Source of the DNA: Octopus vulgaris
Taxonomy: Eukaryota
Direction of reading: 5' to 3'
Length of the DNA stretch: 64,000 bases
Assembly (NCBI GenBank): GCA_951406725.2
Contig: OX597815.1
Span: 63,116,001-63,180,000 of the forward strand
Within the stretch, counting starts at the first letter, position 1; every line of letters starts with the position of its first letter. A program made the position numbers and the translations under genes. The notes below the pieces were generated by a model. The model had not been told where the DNA came from, did no database searches, and was given only the letters and a program-made list of their open reading frames with translations. Of the stretch, positions 37,915 through 51,634 are shown in pieces.

Positions 37915-39010
37915 GTACACCCGTCCACCATCACAGCCACCATCACCACTATCATCACTCCACCATCACCGCTGCCACCACCACCTCCATTCATATCGCC
38001 ATTATCAACATGGACATTACTTCAACGAAGATCACAACTACCACCACCACTACCATAATACCTGTCACTACTCCCACCGCCGCCACCACTACCATGGTAG
38101 ATTACAGTTCCCCCCTCCAAAGCCATCATCACTCCTACTCCTATAACCACCTACACATCTAACACCCCCTCCCAAGCACCATTACCACAAGCACCGCCAC
38201 AATCATTACTACTCCCCCACCTCTAACCGCTACCACTACTATCATATCTATAACCACTAGAGCCTCCCCATCTTTTCTGTACTCCACCTGCCGCCACCCC
38301 TACCATAGCAACCACCACAATCACCACAACCACGACCACCACTACCACCATCACCACCACTACCGTCACCACCTCCACCGCTACCGAAGCCACTAGCATC
38401 ATTGACCATCACTACCATCACTACTTCGGCACTCTCCCTACTCTCCTTGAATCTCGTAAAAAACAAATAACTTCACTACCACCAGTAACATCACTGTGCT
38501 TCAAAGTTGTCGCTCAAGCTACTAGAAATAGCAACTAAATCCCTTCCTGAAATAAAATCTCACTGGACACAATTAAATAAACTTTTCTAAGATAACCCTC
38601 ACCAAACACAGCAGTATGGTCACGGTTGGAAAGCTTTTGACCTTCGACTTTTCACGATCAAAACTGACCTGGGATTTCCGCAAGGAACATCGACACACCA
38701 TCACGTCACTCCCATTCCGTTACCATCTCCACCATCACAACCACCATCATTACACTCTACACCACTGTTACCATGTCTACCACCACCACTACCTCCTCTG
38801 TCAAGGCTGACACCGGTACAACTACCACCACCACTATCACCACCATCACTACCATCACAAAAAATCTTTACCACGAATATCAATCCACAGCTACCAAATC
38901 ACACTACCACCATCACCAGAACAACCACAGTCACCACGACCACAATCGTCGCCATCACGAAATACCATCACCACGACGAGCAGCACAATCACCGCCATCC
39001 ACACTACACC
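37915..39010. repeat. Degenerate (ACC/ATC/ACT)n trinucleotide low-complexity region
   Basis: Seen directly. Interrupted by a dispersed-repeat fragment at ~38500-38695. Confidence 0.85.
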
Positions 39011-39592
39011 CCATTACTCTTAAACACGAACAAACGCACTTGAATTGAAGTGAATTGACGAGAGAGAAGGGGGTAGATACACAGGGCTGGGGAAGCTCCG
39101 GATGGAGGAGGTGTCTAGTACTGTGGGTAGAATGGGAGTTGCTGATGTACAAATTGATGAAAGGAGGGGGTTCAGCGTAGGGGCGAGAAGGGCAGGACGG
39201 TAGGGATGTCTGATTTTTCTTGATTTTTTTCTTGCATTTCCAATGATCTAAAACGTGCTTCTTCGGGTGATTATTTTAAATAAGTCCTTCGTTAGATCAG
39301 AACTTCCATTTCACTCTGTACAGTGTGCTAGTTTCAGCAATTTGAAAACAACACTAAACTAAATTGTCATTTTGTCAATGGGTTTAGTGTAGATGTGAGG
39401 AAATAATTGTATGAAATTTAAAAATGTCATTCAGTCCATTTTCTCTTATTGATCTCACTCTATTTATATTATTTAAGTATATATGTATTTCATTTTTCAG
39501 TTTTATTTCAAGCTTTCTTGCTAATGAGACAGTTTCTAACTTAAATCCAAGGCTCATTCATTGGAATTTCACTATCGACAACAGGCTATTTT

Positions 39593-39885
39593 TGTATGTA
39601 TGTATGTATGTATGTATGTATGTATGTATGTATGTATGTATGTATGTATGTATGTATGTATGTATGTATGTATGTATGTATGTATGTATGTATGTATGTA
39701 TGTATGTATGTATGCATGTATGTATGTATGTATGTATGTATGTATGCATGCATAAATGCATGCATGCATGTATGTATGTATGTATGTATGTATGTATGTA
39801 TGTATGTATGTATGTATGTAGGTAGGTAGGTAGGTATGTATGTATGTATGTATGTATGTATGTATGTATGTATGTATGTATGTAC
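39593..39885. repeat. (TATG)n microsatellite
   Basis: Seen directly. Confidence 0.95.
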
Positions 39886-39927
39886 GTAAGTACTACGTAC
39901 GTATGCATGCATGCATGTATGTATGTA

Positions 39928-40400
39928 AGGCGGCGAGCTGGCAGAAACGTTAGCACGCCGGGCGAAATGCGTTGCCGTATTTCGTCAGCCGTTACGTTCC
40001 GAGTTCAAATTCCGCCGAGGTCGACTTTGCCTTTCATCCTTCCGGGGTCGATAAATTAAGTACCAGTTACGCACTGGGGTCGATGTAATCGACTTAATCC
40101 CTTTGCCTGTCCTTGTTTGTCTCCTCTGTGTTTAGCCCCTTGTGGGTAGTAAAGAAAGGCGGCGAACTGGCAGAAACGTTAGCACGCCGGGCGGAATGCT
40201 TAGCGGTATTTCGTCTGCGTTACGTTGTGAGTTCAAGTTCCGCCGAGGTCGACTTTGCCTTTCATCCTTTCGGGGTCGATAAATTAAGTACCAGTTACGC
40301 ACTGGGGTCGATGTAATCGACTTAATACCTATGTATGTCCTTGTTTGTCCCCTCTGTGTTTAGCCCCTTGTGGGTAATAATGAAATAGGTAGTAAAGAAA
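39928..40400 (+). mobile_element. SINE family B, head-to-tail dimer
   Basis: Seen: units 39928-40157 and 40158-40400, each starting GGCGGCGA.CTGGCAGAAACGTTAGCACGCCGGGC with B box GAGTTCAA.TTCC. Confidence 0.9.
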
Positions 40401-40504
40401 TACATATGTATGTATAGTGCAGAGTTGTAAGTTTCGTTTTACATATGTATTCTCATTCATATTGTTGCATATCTAGACATACTCATATATACTTAAATGA
40501 TAAA

Positions 40505-41085
40505 CCTCCGTAAAGTTTTAGATTTTTACAGTTCTAGTGATGGATTGGATCTGTAGTCTTTGAATCAGCTTTCTCCTCTCTGGTTTTGAGAAGCTTAATT
40601 TCCCAAGATTGGTATTTAAGCAGTGTGCTACATATCCCAGGGCCCCAATAATTTCATCTATAAACCTGAACTTGTAATCTGGATAGCGTAACTGCAGATT
40701 TCTCAATAGCTCAGCATAGGTATTCCTTTTTTTCACTTATCTTCAGCTTTATGTTAACATCCGCTGGGCAGCTAATTTCCACAACTGTACACAGTTTCTC
40801 TTCTCCGTCCCAAATATATCAAGTGTATTGTGTTTACATTTTATTGAAGTTTTCACTGGGACATTCCACCAATACTTCTTTTTATTATGAGTGGCTATGG
40901 CTTTCACCATACTGTGAGTTCTTATTTCTATGTCCTCAGGGTTATCCTTTCGACGGAACTCGTTTTACAATGTCCTAACCGGAGTATGACTGACTCATCG
41001 GTAGATAATATCGTGATGACATCACTGCTAATGATGTGGGTGATATCTTCGGTGTTAACTCCACAAAGTATAATTCATAGATGGC
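40505..41085 (-). mobile_element. R4/Dong-like (RLE-type) non-LTR 3' remnant
   Basis: Seen: MSSRYYLPM (shared with 11290-12400) and YAELLRNLQLRYPDYKFRF..IIGALGYV..KLIQRLQIQSI. Confidence 0.75.
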
Positions 41086-41528
41086 AATTGTATTTGTGTA
41101 CATGTATGTGTGTGTGTGTGTGTGCATGTCTGTGTCTGCATGTAAGCGGGTGTGTGTGTTTGTGTGTAGATGTTTGTATATATACATACACACACACAAT
41201 TATAAATAAGGGCAAAAAGAAAATATTTCTATGCCAATATTCTGAAAAACAGACCTTAGATCGTCTAATCATAATATTTTTAATATGCTGGCCACTGATA
41301 AAAATTTTATTTTTTATAAATTTTACCCTTACATTAGAAGTAAATGTATTACGATTCACATCGGGACTGGTAAACACTTTACGTGAGTTTTCCAGACCGT
41401 CTACACGTCTGCTGAGACTTGCTACAGAATTTCTATTTGGATATATTTGGGGTTCTTAAATGTACTCATGACTTTGAATCTGCTTTTTCCGTGAGTATAA
41501 TCAAGTGTTCCATTTATCTCTAATCGTG

Positions 41529-41590
41529 TTTCTCGCTGGAGAAGGAAGAATCCTAGTGGATTACTCCAGAAATCGGTCCGATTCGGGAAG
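41529..41590 (+). ncRNA. Hammerhead-like motif
   Basis: Seen: ttctcg-CTGGAGA-a-gga..aatcc-tagt-ggatt..tcc-a-GAAA-tcggtccga-TT-cgggaa. All three stems can form; core is a variant. Confidence 0.5.
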
Positions 41591-41879
41591 AATGTGGTTA
41601 GACGATCTAATCTGGTTAGACGAATATATGTGGTTAGACGATCTAAAGTCTATTTTTCAGCATAGTGACATAGACAATTTTTTCTTTTGCCCTTATTTAT
41701 AATTGTTTATATTTTCATATTGACTCTTGAAAAGGTTGCAAGACGCACCGAAAATTTTAGAAAATAAAAATAAGAAATAAGTGGAAATTTTGCCGGTGAG
41801 TGTGTTACATGACTCTCCCCAGACACAAAAGAGTATGCTTCAACGCACGAACTCATATAAAGAATCTTGCAAACCAAAT

Positions 41880-42207
41880 CCAAAAACGAAATATATAGAT
41901 TGTGTCGAGAACGATAAAAAGTTTTTGAAAATTTTGCGTAGGCCTCTGAGCAGGCATCGACAAGCTTTTGGCAAAATTTGATACAGATTCTCTGCTCCAC
42001 TTTGTCTTAGTCAATGTGATCATCACATGCTATACCCCCTCCTTCCAAGCACTACTGTAAACAGCGGAAGTGAGCTAGAACGTTAAAACTTAGTACGTAT
42101 GCACAACAGAGTTCAAAGTCAATCTGTGCCAAGCGGCTTCATTCTGCGTGCTTTACCTTTGTTACTATGGCAACAGTCTTGATACTTTTTGATTAGACCA
42201 CGTATAC
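41880..42207 (-). mobile_element. Non-autonomous mariner derivative, 5' end with TIR
   Basis: Seen (rc): TACGTGGTCTAATCAAAAAGTATC.. end, then MEQRICIKFCQKLVDACSEAYAK. Same family as 372-902. Confidence 0.8.
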
Positions 42208-42324
42208 TTAGATACGTAGATAACTTTCGGCCTGAATTGGCCCAATCCAATATTAATTTAAAAGCACCACCTGGAAAAGACATTTAAAGCTTCATATTAC
42301 AGTCATTCTATACACACACGCACG

Positions 42325-42445
<121 letters not shown>

Positions 42446-43326
42446 TCTCACAAACTGCTAATCTTCACTTAGTCTACTATATAAATCCTCATTTATCCAA
42501 CTTTCTGGAACTCATTACAATCGTCTTCTTTTTCTCTGCTCTATAATATACACACCTATAATCTTTCTTTGGATAGACAACTTTCGAATTTGTATACCTC
42601 AACTGTTCCTTCTTTATAGCCCCTTACAATGCAATGGCCTCACGCATTGTTTGTGACGAAATTGTATTAAAAAAACAATTTCAATCAGTTTCAATCAGTT
42701 ATTTAACATAATTTATCCACCGATTTTCGTTCGCCACGTATGTTATATATACTTCTATATCTACCAGACACGCATATAGGTACGCATTTCATCTGAAGAG
42801 AAGGCCGTCTATCCCCTGAACAGAGTTAGCAAAATCTATGTCTGTTGATACTTTACTTTTATGAATATCTACAATATTGCCTCAGTGTTGCACCAGCTGC
42901 ATAATAGGTATAATAGTATCAAGCAGTCATCTACATTTGAAACCGCTATCAAGAACTGAAATGATTACATCATGTAAATTGTATTCGCAAATTTTTATAT
43001 AAATCCAATCCGTACTCCTGTTTATTGTTTATCTGCCGTTCTATTTCCACACACTCTCGATTTCGATCGTTCTTCTAACTAATTTTTCTACATTTGGACT
43101 ACTTTATATTGATGAAGAAGATGGAGTTTAAAACTCTGATCTCTCGCAACACTACTTGGGGACTTTATTCCATCCTTGTACTAGCATTTATTATCCATTA
43201 CGGACACGCTCACACGCACACACAGACACACACATTAGGAAGACAATAAACACAAAAGGACAAAAACCACACGAGAGCACATTTTAAATGTATGTACATA
43301 CACGCACGTTTATACGTGTGTGTGTG

Positions 43327-43366
<40 letters not shown>

Positions 43367-45747
43367 CATACATATGTATATATATATGCATATGTGTGTG
43401 GGCGTATACATATATATATATGTGTATGTATGTACGTATGTGTGTGTTTGTGTGTGTTTGTGTATGTGTATGTGTGTGTAAGAGTGCGTGTGCATCTGCA
43501 TGTATAAGTAATTGCATGGGATGACAAGCTGAAAGTAATTTGTAATTAAGATAACAGACTCTAATGAGAAAACTATATGGTAATTAACTTAAATGAAAAT
43601 TTATTTTCAGAAGTGATAAAGGGAGAGAACCTCTTAGGTTTTCAATCAAGCAAAAATTATTTTTAATGGTTATACGGTAGAAGACCGAAAATGCCGGATC
43701 GTAACTGGCCTCTATCTATAGAGACATGTTTCGGTTCTAGTGAAATCTCATCAGTGAACTGTAAAACACTTAATGGCTGCCCGTTCACGCAATGTGGACC
43801 TCGGTGGTATTTGAACTCAAACGCAAAGCATTTTGCTTGCCGTTCTAACGATTCTGCCAGCTCACCACCTTGCACTCATGTATAATAATACACACACGTA
43901 TGCACAAATATTGATACTTACTACTGTATTTAACCAAATATATAACATTTAACCATGTATATATATACTTACTGTTGTATTTAAATAAATATATAACATG
44001 CGAGAAATGGATGTATACAACATTGAAAATACAGAGCTAATACTTGCATAAAAATATTAAAAATTCCATTTTCCAAAATATAATTATTCATTTATTTAAA
44101 TGAATTTTTAAAAAAGATACGTAGAAAAATAATTAAAGAGTTCTCTCTCGGTAATCGAGGCAATGCAATGGAAACAACTGAAGTCCGGAAATTTAAATTT
44201 GAAAAGTACTACATTAAAATTCTAAGTTAATATGATGAAAGTGAGTGAAAAGAATAGCAACCACGTATATAACTAGCATTAAAAGTGTATGGATTTTAGG
44301 CATTTAAAGATACTAATATTTAGAAATACCAATTCGAAATGTTCAAAAAAAGCAAATAGCATTTCAACAAAATAGTTTAGAGCACTTTATCCATTAGGTG
44401 GTCAGAGATTACACAGTAAAGAACTTCGATGCGTGCTTGCAAGAATCCAGTAATTTAGATTTTTAGGGCGAATTAAATTCGCCAGTGATAGAAAGTAGAT
44501 TCATTCATAAAAATTATTGTAGCATTTCTCATTAATGCACAATGTGGGTCTCAAAGAATTAAGGTGCAAGACGTGCTCATATTGACGAACACATTATGAG
44601 TCCAGCAATACAGTTGCATTTTTTAGTAACCAAACATACTTGGATTGACTCGCAGAAAATCTATAAATATAAGGATATTTAAATGAGTTCTTATGCTTCG
44701 GAAATGCAATGGAAAATTCAATGGAAAGATAATTCTAGTGGGTCTAAATATTGGGATAGAACAATAAATTATCAAGGCTCAATCTCATATGTGTGTGTAA
44801 GTATGCTTGTATATAATGTATATACACATACAAACACACTCATCTATATACTTATGTATATGTATTCATATTGAGATATGTATATGCATATATGTATGTA
44901 TATGTATGTGTGTGTGTGTGCGCGTGTGTGTGTATGTATATGTGTACTGTATACACGCACATAAGTGTGTATGTATATATGTATATGTATCCATAAACAC
45001 ACAGAAACAGTCCTGTTTGAGCATACCAGTCGCAACGATTCAGTTTTTCAATTACGGTGTTTCAGCTTCCATCCCGCCAAAATGTCTTCTTTTATTAAGA
45101 CGTAGGGTGTAACTGATAAGTGTTTCGGTTGCCATTTCCAGCAAGCTGATCAGCAGCTAAAGACTTTCCTTTTGACTTTACGCGTGCGCGCCTGTGTTTA
45201 TGTGCGTGTGTATGTATTTGTTTGGCATCCCTTATCAGTTTTATACTGGTAACGTTGTAACCTTTCTAGTGAAAATCCATCACCTCATGTGGCCTCCCTT
45301 ATCCCTACCTACCTCCAATCCTCAACGCTCTATTCTTATATTTTCTTCATCAACCTCCCATTTTACACATATCATCACCCACCAACACCTTCATAACCAA
45401 ACCGACCCACCCTTCTTAATTCAATAATGATGACCTCCCATATGAATTTACACGCGCACACACGGGCACACTCATTGGTGCACACACATTCACAAATATG
45501 CATGCACACATACGCAGATTTATACATACATACTAATCAGACACCCTAACAACGAACTCATTACCCATCATTCGGGTCCATACATTCCCCGACCACCCCA
45601 CCCGCCTCCCGTCATCTTCTTCGCAAATCTACGTTTCCAGATCCTTCTCAACATACACCCCTCCTTACCGAGCCAACCACCGACCTAATTATCTATCTGT
45701 GTCTTCCTCCCTCTCTCTCTCTCTCCTCATTCATATAAACTAATGCA

Positions 45748-45766
45748 TCTTCTTCTTCTTCTTCTT

Positions 45767-45855
<89 letters not shown>
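45748..45855. repeat. Compound (TTC)n(CTA)n(ATA)n microsatellite
   Basis: Seen directly. Confidence 0.95.
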
Positions 45856-45857
<2 letters not shown>

Positions 45858-46105
45858 GTTTCTTCTTCACTTCCTCCATCTTCTCTCCACACAACCATTC
45901 ATACACTCAACACATCTTGTCTTACTAACAATTGTTAACCTTACTTAACAACCTTCCCCCACTCCATACACACACACGCACTCACACCTCTATAAACGAC
46001 TCAAATATTTTACTTACATAAATATGGTACCGAAATGACTGTAAATATTAATTTAATAAAGATATGATAAATTCATTGTTCGTATATATATATATATATA
46101 TATAT

Positions 46106-46458
46106 TCTTTCATTTGTTTCAGTCATTTGACTGCGGTCATGTTGGAGCACTGTCTTTATGAGTTTTAGTCGAAGAAATCGCCCCCAGGACTTATTCTTTG
46201 TAAGCCTAGTACTTATTCTATCGGTCTCTTTTGCCGAATGCTAAGTTACATAAGCACGCCAGCATCGGTCGTCAAATGATGGCCGGGACAAACACAGATA
46301 CACATAAATACATACAAAAAGATACAACGGGCTTCTTTCAGTTTCCGTCTACCAAATATTCTCACAAGTTTTTGGTTGGCCCGAGGCTATAGTAGAACTG
46401 GATCTGAACTCGGAACCATGTTGATGGGAAGAACACTTCTTACCAGACAGCCACGCCT
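46106..46458 (-). mobile_element. SINE family A, full length
   Basis: Seen: collinear with 31416-31820. Confidence 0.88.
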
Positions 46459-46461
46459 ATA

Positions 46462-46492
<31 letters not shown>

Positions 46493-46499
46493 TTAAAAC

Positions 46500-46794
46500 A
46501 TTTAAACACATAAGAGACGACCATAATAGGAAATCTGACTCACTAGAAAGAGCAGTTAAACTCCAAACCACTAATAGTTGTAATTCTGAAAGGGAAAGAG
46601 ATGGCAACGCCAATTGTAAAGTAAAATAATTTTATTTTATTTACAAAAGATTGCCGAAAATATGCATAGTCCAGGAAAGATAGGGTAAGCGTTTTTATTT
46701 CTCTTTCCCTTTCAGAATTACAACTATTTGGAGTTTAACTGCTCTTTCTAGTGAATCAGATGTCCTATTATGGTCGTCTCTTATGTGTTTAAAG
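46500..46794. repeat. Inverted repeat (~110-bp arms, ~80-bp spacer), MITE or foldback-like
   Basis: Seen: TTTAAACACATAAGAGACGACCATAATAGGA..TTCTGAAAGGGAAAGAGA and its reverse complement at ~46690-46794. Confidence 0.85.
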
Positions 46795-46988
46795 TATATT
46801 ATATAGTCTATTGACTATTTTTTCCTTCTCGCTAGACCACTGGTAGCGGAGAATTTTTCTAAAATTCTTTTTGCTACCCTAAGATTTATTAATTAATGAT
46901 AAAAGGATTATATATAGCGTCCAATAATACTATATTTGTTCCACGTCCTCGCGTTGTTGTGTTTTTTTTTGTGCTTTCTTGTTTGGAT

Positions 46989-47056
<68 letters not shown>

Positions 47057-47288
47057 TAAAATTAAATAAAACATATGCATACATATAAACATATATGTAC
47101 GTACCTACCTCTACATGTACATATACACGCATATATGAGTACAGGACACCAAAGGGACGTCGAACACAAAGAGAAACGAAAACATAGACACAAACCAAAG
47201 GAACTGGACATTTTTTTAAAAACAACAAAAAATGGAGTACAGGACAATTAACACAACGAAAAAACCCCTATATATATATATATATATA

Positions 47289-47460
47289 TAGTTAATCCAA
47301 ACAAGAAAGCACAAATTATTGGACGCTCAGAAAAGAAGGAAAGAAGGAGGGTTTAACGTTTCGAGCGGAGCTCTTCGACGGAAACATAGGAGAAGGAAAG
47401 ATCCAGAGAAGGGAAGACAGAGGAAAAAAAATCGCCAACGGTACACACGCGGTCACATAT
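47289..47460 (-). mobile_element. Penelope-type terminal module, family F, with hammerhead variant at 47351-47385
   Basis: Seen (rc): gttt-CCGTCGA-A-GAGC-tcc-GCTC-GAAA-CG-TT-aaac. Related copy at 53685-53860; inverted end copy at 46925-46994. Confidence 0.65.
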
Positions 47461-47909
47461 GCTGCCACGTCATTTAGAGCTTTCTCTATCTTATCCTGCT
47501 CTACCCTACTTAGTACGTTTGGTAGCTGCAAAGCTATTTCTGTTGTATTTGTGGTATTTGTATAATTAATTTGTTTTCCTATGTTGTAAGGCTTCGCGTT
47601 GTTATATATACAAAATTTTTCTTCTGTTGTATTTATATAATGTCTTATTTGTTTCCGTCTCAGTATACATTCGGTAGCTTTTTCCCAGTATCTTAATAAC
47701 AGAACTGGCACCTCCAAGAAGGAGTGGTCTCAATGATAAAGGTGCGAAACTATGATGATATTTTGGTCATTGACTGACGAGGAAAACTCAGCTACGAATA
47801 TTCTGTGTAGTGTGTCTTTGTCTATATTCCTCGTCCGTTAAGTTTTCGTCTTGCTTCCTATTTACTCTGCTTTCGTCTAACTTTCTCCTTGTTTTTTGTC
47901 TATTCAATC

Positions 47910-47966
<57 letters not shown>

Positions 47967-48208
47967 TGTATGCATATACACACACACACACGCGCGCGCG
48001 CGCACACGCACACACACACACACACACACATATATATCTGTAGTGTGGAGTTGGTCTTCAAACCCCATACGCAAAAAGCCGACTTCAAGATAACCTAACC
48101 GAAAAGAAGAATTACATTAGGAAGACAATTTCAAAAATCGTTATACAACCACTTGTCTTCTTTCCGGCACGTCGACAAAAGTAAACCTACTGAGCTGTCT
48201 AGTCACTT

Positions 48209-48286
<78 letters not shown>

Positions 48287-48324
48287 AACAATCTTACTTA
48301 GAAATGGATGCGTGCGTTCAGTCA

Positions 48325-48540
48325 TATATAAATAAATAAATAAATAAAACATATGCATATATACATACATATATGTACGTACCTACCTCTACATGTATTT
48401 ATGTTTTCGTTTCTCATTGCGTTCGACGTTTTTTGGTGTCCTGTACCCATATATGCATGTATATATACATGTAGAGGTAGGTACGTACATATATGTATGT
48501 ATATATGCATATGTTTTATTTATTTATTTATTTATTTATA
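48325..48540. repeat. Family G inverted repeat (~70-bp arms)
   Basis: Seen: AAATAAATAAAACATATGCATATATACATACATATATGTACGTACCTACCTCTACATGTA and its reverse complement at ~48466-48540. Confidence 0.85.
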
Positions 48541-48614
48541 TATCTATATATATATATATACCTACATCCTCACACACACACACACACATATATACATACA
48601 TATTATATACCGTG

Positions 48615-49240
48615 AACCCGTAGTTGTTTTTAAGCGCTGTTACCTCTGACCAATACAGCGTCAGCTCCATCTTGCATTTTTCTAAACTGTTCCTTTAGTC
48701 TGCAGCGTGCATCCATTTTTTCAGTCTAGAATTCTTGAAGTTATTTCTTAGACGTTATCTGATCGCTTTGCAGAGAACGGAATACACGAGGTGATCTTTC
48801 GTGATCTTCTTCTCGTTTTCCGTTTCGCTAGCATTTTCTTCGTCTCGTTCCAAGCTTCTTCCACCAGACTCCCCCTGGCGTACAATTTTTGGTTTCTATA
48901 TGCAGCTTTAATTATTGTAGATCAGCAAATTGTAGCTCACATCGAGCTCTTCAAGTTGACTTCAGATTTCCTTCTTGATAGCTTCCTGCAACTATTTCAC
49001 ATGAAAAACCTTGAGGCGTTGATTCTTCATCGAGATATGCAAAGCATTTTTCTCTCTGATTTCACTGATCACAATTTTTGTCTGTAGCAAGCAATAATCA
49101 CTGTCTATGTTGAATAGCGCTACTGCTGAGACTTCATGCAATATACGCTGTTTATCGACCATTTGGGTGGGTGAGCGTTTGGGACTGTCCAAGAGATGGA
49201 GGTGGTATGCAAAACCTTTTATACACACCTTTCTAAGTTA
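48615..49240 (-). mobile_element. RTE-clade LINE, inverted 5' segment (end of endonuclease plus linker)
   Basis: Seen: FNIDSDYCLLQTKI (APE SDH-like end), followed by linker YSVLCKAIR..NSLEKCKMEL. Confidence 0.65.
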
Positions 49241-49279
49241 CCAGTGAAGTTCCGTAAGAACTATAGTATGATAGATAAA

Positions 49280-50375
49280 TGTATTCACTCTAGAACAGTT
49301 CATAGAACGAGCAAACGAATACAAGCTTGTTCAGCGCATCTCTTTTGTTGATCACAGGAAAGCCTTTGATTGTACCGAAATGAACGCAGTCTTGAAATCT
49401 CTGAAAAAGCAAGGTGCTGAGGAGCAAAACAGCAAGCAGCTGAGATGCGAACTCTCGATGTACAAGCAGACTGCTATCACCACCATTAAGAGTTGTAATT
49501 GAGAAGAATGTCGAGCAAAGAGACACCATATCTCCAAAGCTCTTTACTGCATGTCTAGAAATAGTCATTAAGGACATTGATTGGGCAGATAGAGTGAACA
49601 TCAATGGCAAGGAAATTAACAAACCTCCGATTCACAGAAGACATTGTGCTCATCGATCAAATCACAGATCAGCTGCAGAACATGCTGACAAAGTTGAACA
49701 CTGAGATCATAGCAGTAAATGAACCACATTAAAACAAAAAGTATGTGGTTGGATGACGCAGCACAAAGCCAAATAAAGATGGGACGCGATGAAATTGATG
49801 AGGGAAAGGAGTACATCTACTTGGAGCACACGGTGAATATGTGCTAAGATATGGATGCTGAAATCTCAAAGAGACTAAGGACAAGATGGAGGGCCTTTAT
49901 TCAATAAAGGGTGTGCTACAAACAAAGCTAGAAAATGCTATACGCGACAGGTTCCTCAATAGCACCGTCCTACCTGCGCAAGTGAGACGTAGGCTGCAAT
50001 GAAGACTATAGGACATCGACTGGTGACGATACAAAGGGCCATGGAAAGATCCGTGCTAGGAATATCATTAAAAGAGCACATTCGAAATGAGATAATTCGA
50101 GAACAAAGCGAAGTGAATGATGTGAGCACGGAGAACCGGAAGCAGAAGTTCCTCTGGACCGGACAAGTCGCAAAGGCTCACAGACAATAGGTGGACCTTT
50201 ACAGTTGCCGAGTGGTACTCAAGAGATCGGAAAAGACCACTTGGAAGGCCTCCACGGCGACGCGAAGATGATTTAGTCAAGTAATTTGGGTCAAGATGGA
50301 AAAGAATGGCACATTCAATACATACTTGAAGGTGTATTGTGACCAGCAGTGTAAACAGAAACTGATGACCTGGTT
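49280..50375 (+). mobile_element. RTE-clade LINE RT and C-terminal remnant
   Basis: Seen: FVDHRKAFD, QRDTISPKLFTACLE, VNINGKE..NLRFTEDIVL, QRAMERSVLGIS..HIRNEIIRE, KRPLGRPPRR. Many stops. Confidence 0.9.
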
Positions 50376-50396
50376 CATACCGCGATACTGTGATGT

Positions 50397-50427
<31 letters not shown>

Positions 50428-50481
50428 TACTTACATATGATCTACATATATATATAAATATATACATATATATGTATATAT

Positions 50482-50543
<62 letters not shown>

Positions 50544-50544
50544 G

Positions 50545-50589
<45 letters not shown>

Positions 50590-50844
50590 AAATAAGCAAC
50601 AAGGATATCCAGAGGTAATGCAGTACGATCGTTTCATGCAACTCCATTTAATTGAACAATGCAATCATTACATCAATTTAAAATGTAGAGCAATCTTCAG
50701 CTGCACAAAGACATAGAATTTAATTAAATTAGAACAGATGGTCACAATAGTATAATTATACCTAAAATCTCCAAGAAGTTAAGGAGATAGACAAAGAACA
50801 TGCTGTTCTTACTCCAGCATAGAAGTTATATATATATACACACA

Positions 50845-50901
<57 letters not shown>

Positions 50902-51266
50902 GCATACATACATACATACACACATACTCAGGTAGATGTCTAAGTAAAGTATCATATAATGGAGAAGGTAAGCTTCTAACAATGGGAAAGGGAGTACTGC
51001 ATAACCTTAATATATTTCAGGTAGAAAAACAGTTCATCATCAGAGGTGGACAGTTTAGAAATGTAAGTAATTCATGGAGATACTGTCCATTTTGATTGGC
51101 AAACGTTTAATTCGGCAATCAATGAAAACTTACATTTCTTTATGTCAACTACTTTTGATGAGGAGCCTTCGCACAACTTTCTGTTTTTCCATTCATAGAA
51201 GCACTCCGTATTTATTATTTGTTGTTTTTCTTCTATATCACAATATTTCAAGCAATCTACAACGTT

Positions 51267-51350
<84 letters not shown>

Positions 51351-51369
51351 TCACACGCACACACATATT

Positions 51370-51578
51370 ATTCTTTTATTCATTTACTTGTTTCAGTTAT
51401 TTGACTGCGACGATACTGGAGCACTGCCTTTAGTCGAACAAATCGACTCCAGGACTTATTTTTTGTAAGGCTAGAACTTATTCTAACTTTCGCTTTTGCC
51501 GAACCGCTAAGTTACGGGGACGTAAACACACCAGCATCGGTTGTCAAGCGATGTTGGAGGGACAAACACAGACGCACA

Positions 51579-51634
<56 letters not shown>

